Below, piece after piece: positions 60,955 to 64,000 of a stretch of 64,000 bases of DNA. The DNA lies in contig JAADVB010000016.1 in NCBI GenBank assembly GCA_023334545.1, positions 70,535 through 134,534 of the forward strand. Direction: 5' to 3'. Under the pieces are notes generated by a model. That model had not been told where the DNA came from, searched no databases, and saw only the letters and a list, made by a program, of their open reading frames with translations. The translations under genes were made by a program, and so were the position numbers. Source of the stretch: Salisapilia sapeloensis CBS 127946 (taxonomy: Eukaryota; Protista; Oomycota). Each line of letters starts with the position of its first letter. Positions within the stretch are counted from its first letter, which is position 1.

Positions 60955-63900
60955 TTATCGCTTCCCTGCTGTAGCTGTGTTTGACTTTGATCTATTAGTG
61001 GTCGAGTCGACTGTACCCAATCGGTTCCCACTGCTTCCAATTGACGAAGGTCCTTTGTGGCTTCCTGGAGGCGTGCTTTCACGCTTGGTTGGAGCAGTTG
61101 GTCGGATATTGGGAATTTTCGTCAGTGGGGCATCTTTTGAAGACGATGAAGTGCGAGCAGTGTTAGGCATCCTTGCTATACCCGTGGAAAATTTACCGGT
61201 CGCATTTGCCGATCGTGAACCTTGACTTGGTCGGATGGTCGTGCTTCGTCCTGTACCACAGTTTGGTAATGTCGTCGTGCTGGTATTAGAGAGGCCTGGC
61301 GATGATGGATATGGTAGGGGCCGTGCTGATAGTTTTGATGCACTATTGACCTTCGATCGATTACCATCCGATCGTGCTATGTGGTTGGAAGTACTGCCAG
61401 TTAAGCTTCCAGCACCGCGAGAAGAGTCTTTGCCTGCTGGAGCTCTTGCTAATTTGGTAGCAAGGTCAAAGGACTTCACACGTGCTCGACGCACGACTTG
61501 TCCATCTTTACCGACAACGAGTGTGTACTCGAGCATACTAGACCACTTCGCATCAGCTGCAGAATCTTCATGGTCCGTACTGAGACCATTATGTTCCTCC
61601 TGTGTAGCCTGCCTTCGATCCTCAGCCTCGTCTTCTTGAGATTGACGTGAACTTTGATCATACTCTTCGGCCTCTATAACTTGCTTGGCGTCACTAGCAG
61701 CTATGCAGACATCTCTATCCGAATCAGCAACTGCCTCCTCTAGAAACTGATGCACACGATCCAAAAGCTTATCATCGTTTACTTGTACAAGCACTCGTCT
61801 CCACACTGGTAGTTGTAAGGCAGCTTTCCAACGGATATTCGGGACAGCATCGTCCAGCATGTCGATAGCAATATCCAAGAAATTGCGATAAAAGTACTGT
61901 CGACTGTTTATCTCTAATGCAAAAACACAGGCTTCGAGATAAAGCATTCGTCTCCAATGACTTCTTGCTTGTCCAAATTCTGTCCGTACTCGACCAAGCA
62001 ACGTATGCCTGTGCACAGCATCTTCATTTCGACGAATGGATGCAATGAGAGTCTTCATGCCAAGTAGCTGAACAGGCTTTGCCCCGTTTTCAACTAGGTC
62101 AAAAATAATCGGGTTGATGATGTCATGCAATTGGTTGGTCGAACACCACTTCGAGAATTTATCCAGCATCTTAATGAATTCCATTTGATGCCGATTGAGA
62201 CTAGGAGGGAGAGTGGCATGATGGTGTGACACTGCTTTCAAAACGGTGTCCAATAGACATGCCTACACCAAATATTGAGAATAAAATCCTTGGTAAGCTG
62301 GTAACATATCACTGATACCTTTTGGTCATCATCACAAGAGCTCAATAGCATTGGAAGTAGTGTGGGTAATCTTGTCAATGCCATGTTTTGAACTCGAGCA
62401 TCTTCATCCCGAATAAGCTCTAGAAAAACGGGCTTTACATATCGTATCTTCTTCTGCTCATCAAGTTCTTCGGCAACGGCATGAATACCCGCAGCTATAT
62501 GATGTCGCACCTATAATCGTAAGGTTATTACGCATATTTTGAATAAACAAAAGCGTTGCTGGCGAGGTTACCGTATCTAGTGTATCACGAGATAGCTTTA
62601 TCATTAAGTCGTCCATCAGCAGTGGCAGGTAACTTTGCTTAAAAGCCTGAACGACGGCAGGGAAATTAAAAGCACAATATTCGCGTATTTGATCCTCTTC
62701 GTGAACACAAAGCTGAGAAAAGCTCTGCAGAAATCCAGTAGCCGTATCGTCGACTAGATAGTTGAATGCAGCTACTTTAGTCACTAGTATTCCAAATTTT
62801 TCGGCAAAGCAAGTGACTAAATCGTCTTGGAGACTATGTGCGACGTCCAGTAATGCTGGAAGAATGAGATTGTAGCGCTCTACTTCGGTGAAGTAGTCAA
62901 AGAGAGATAGCAAACACATAAATGCGGCATGCTTCACATCCTTTTCTTCGTCAAGAAGGAGCTCAAGTAACTCTGGTAACACGTCCGCACTTGCTTTCTT
63001 CTCGCTAATAACCAAATGAGCATGTCATTCCTATATTCCCATAGATTGGAGTGCTCACCCGACTGTCCGAGCTAGTGCGTCCAACTGTATGCACATGGAA
63101 CGACGTACTTCAGCATCAGTATCTTGGCACATTGCTAACATCTATAAATACGAATAATCTCAATCAGGTACTTTTAACGAGTGCAGGGCATTGTACTTCC
63201 TACTTTGCTGAAGTATATCCCTTCCACATCCTGACTTGATAAAAGCTTCATGGCAGTAATTGCACCCAAAAGTAGTGAACAAACTAACCGAGAACCCGGC
63301 GGTTGCGTCACATCTCCTTTCTCCATCGCTACTCGAATGATCTACATGACGGTAAATTAATATATCCTCTCCATCCATCCTACTACCTTGTACAATAAAA
63401 GTAATACCTGGGTCTTTTTTAGCGTTGCCTTTAGTCGTGGCAGCGTTGCGATTATAGCCAAGCTGGCAGCTTCGGCAATATCCTTTTGCTGCACTTCAGT
63501 TATAAGTTCCAAGATGAAAGGTACAAGCTGCTTCATAAGTTGCTCTTCGGATAAAAGAAACACTGCATCTTCCCTCATTGCACGATATTCCTCCATTCTT
63601 TCGCAATACTCTTCATGCAAGCACACTTCTAAAATGGGCAGCAAGTTTCCATCGACAGTTGTGCAAGCGAGACTTCCAAGCGCTTGAAATATATGTGTCA
63701 TCATTGCATTGTTCATTTCTGCTTCCGACTGACTTGGTTGCCACAGAGCCTATAGATAATCGAATTGAGCTCTACATAGCCATCATTAATCGCTACTAAT
63801 CTAGTGCATTACCTTGACACAATCAAGAATTAGTGTCACATTCCCCTTGTCTGGGTTGCTTGCTAAAATGCCAGGCAGAGTCGCAAGGATACTGATCTTC

Positions 63901-64000
63901 TGTCGCTCCAGTCCTGTACAAAGAAGGTGCTCTGCCCTCTTCATCTCCGATAGGTCTTCATCAACCTGGAGCTTTTCCAATTCAGAAGATGACTAGCGAC
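60955..64000 (-). CDS. PPP4R4: Protein phosphatase 4 regulatory subunit 4-like HEAT protein, multi-exon; 5' end lies beyond the window
   Basis: ELEKLQVDEDLSEMKRAEHLL, YCAFNFPAV, HWRRMLYLE, DAVPNIRWK. Confidence 0.85.

Noticed and set aside
1-64000. CRISPR arrays, rRNA, tRNA and intact transposase or reverse transcriptase genes
   Set aside because: None recognised by eye. The 120-bp periodicity at 31-33 kb is exon/intron structure, not repeat-spacer. A tRNAscan-SE or Rfam scan could still find small RNAs I missed.

Overview
Eukaryotic window from a zoospore-forming oomycete. Support: elicitin-like proteins, flagellar CFAP161 and NME7, mostly 50-85 nt GT-AG introns, an INR/FPR-like core promoter, and the standard genetic code. 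The flanks (1-29.8 kb and 41.6-64 kb) are very gene-dense, with many head-to-head and tail-to-tail pairs only 20-250 bp apart; about 30 intact genes can be reconstructed there once introns are spliced by eye. The centre (about 29.8-41.5 kb) looks more AT-rich and holds only decayed genes: an LRR gene built from 15 symmetric phase-2 micro-exons of one LRR each, an LRR-receptor-kinase pseudogene with the same exon design, a START-like/FYVE pseudogene and a possible MITE. The main leads are the modular LRR micro-exon array, which could keep an open frame by skipping damaged exons, and an SK-like channel with a basic KIGFGR filter next to a CaV channel. Smaller leads are a 54-bp divergent promoter and two genes the ORF track misses (an 80-aa two-exon microprotein and a Tudor-knot protein). 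I saw no rRNA, tRNA or CRISPR array. All family calls come from motif recognition, not database searches, and exon boundaries were inferred manually.
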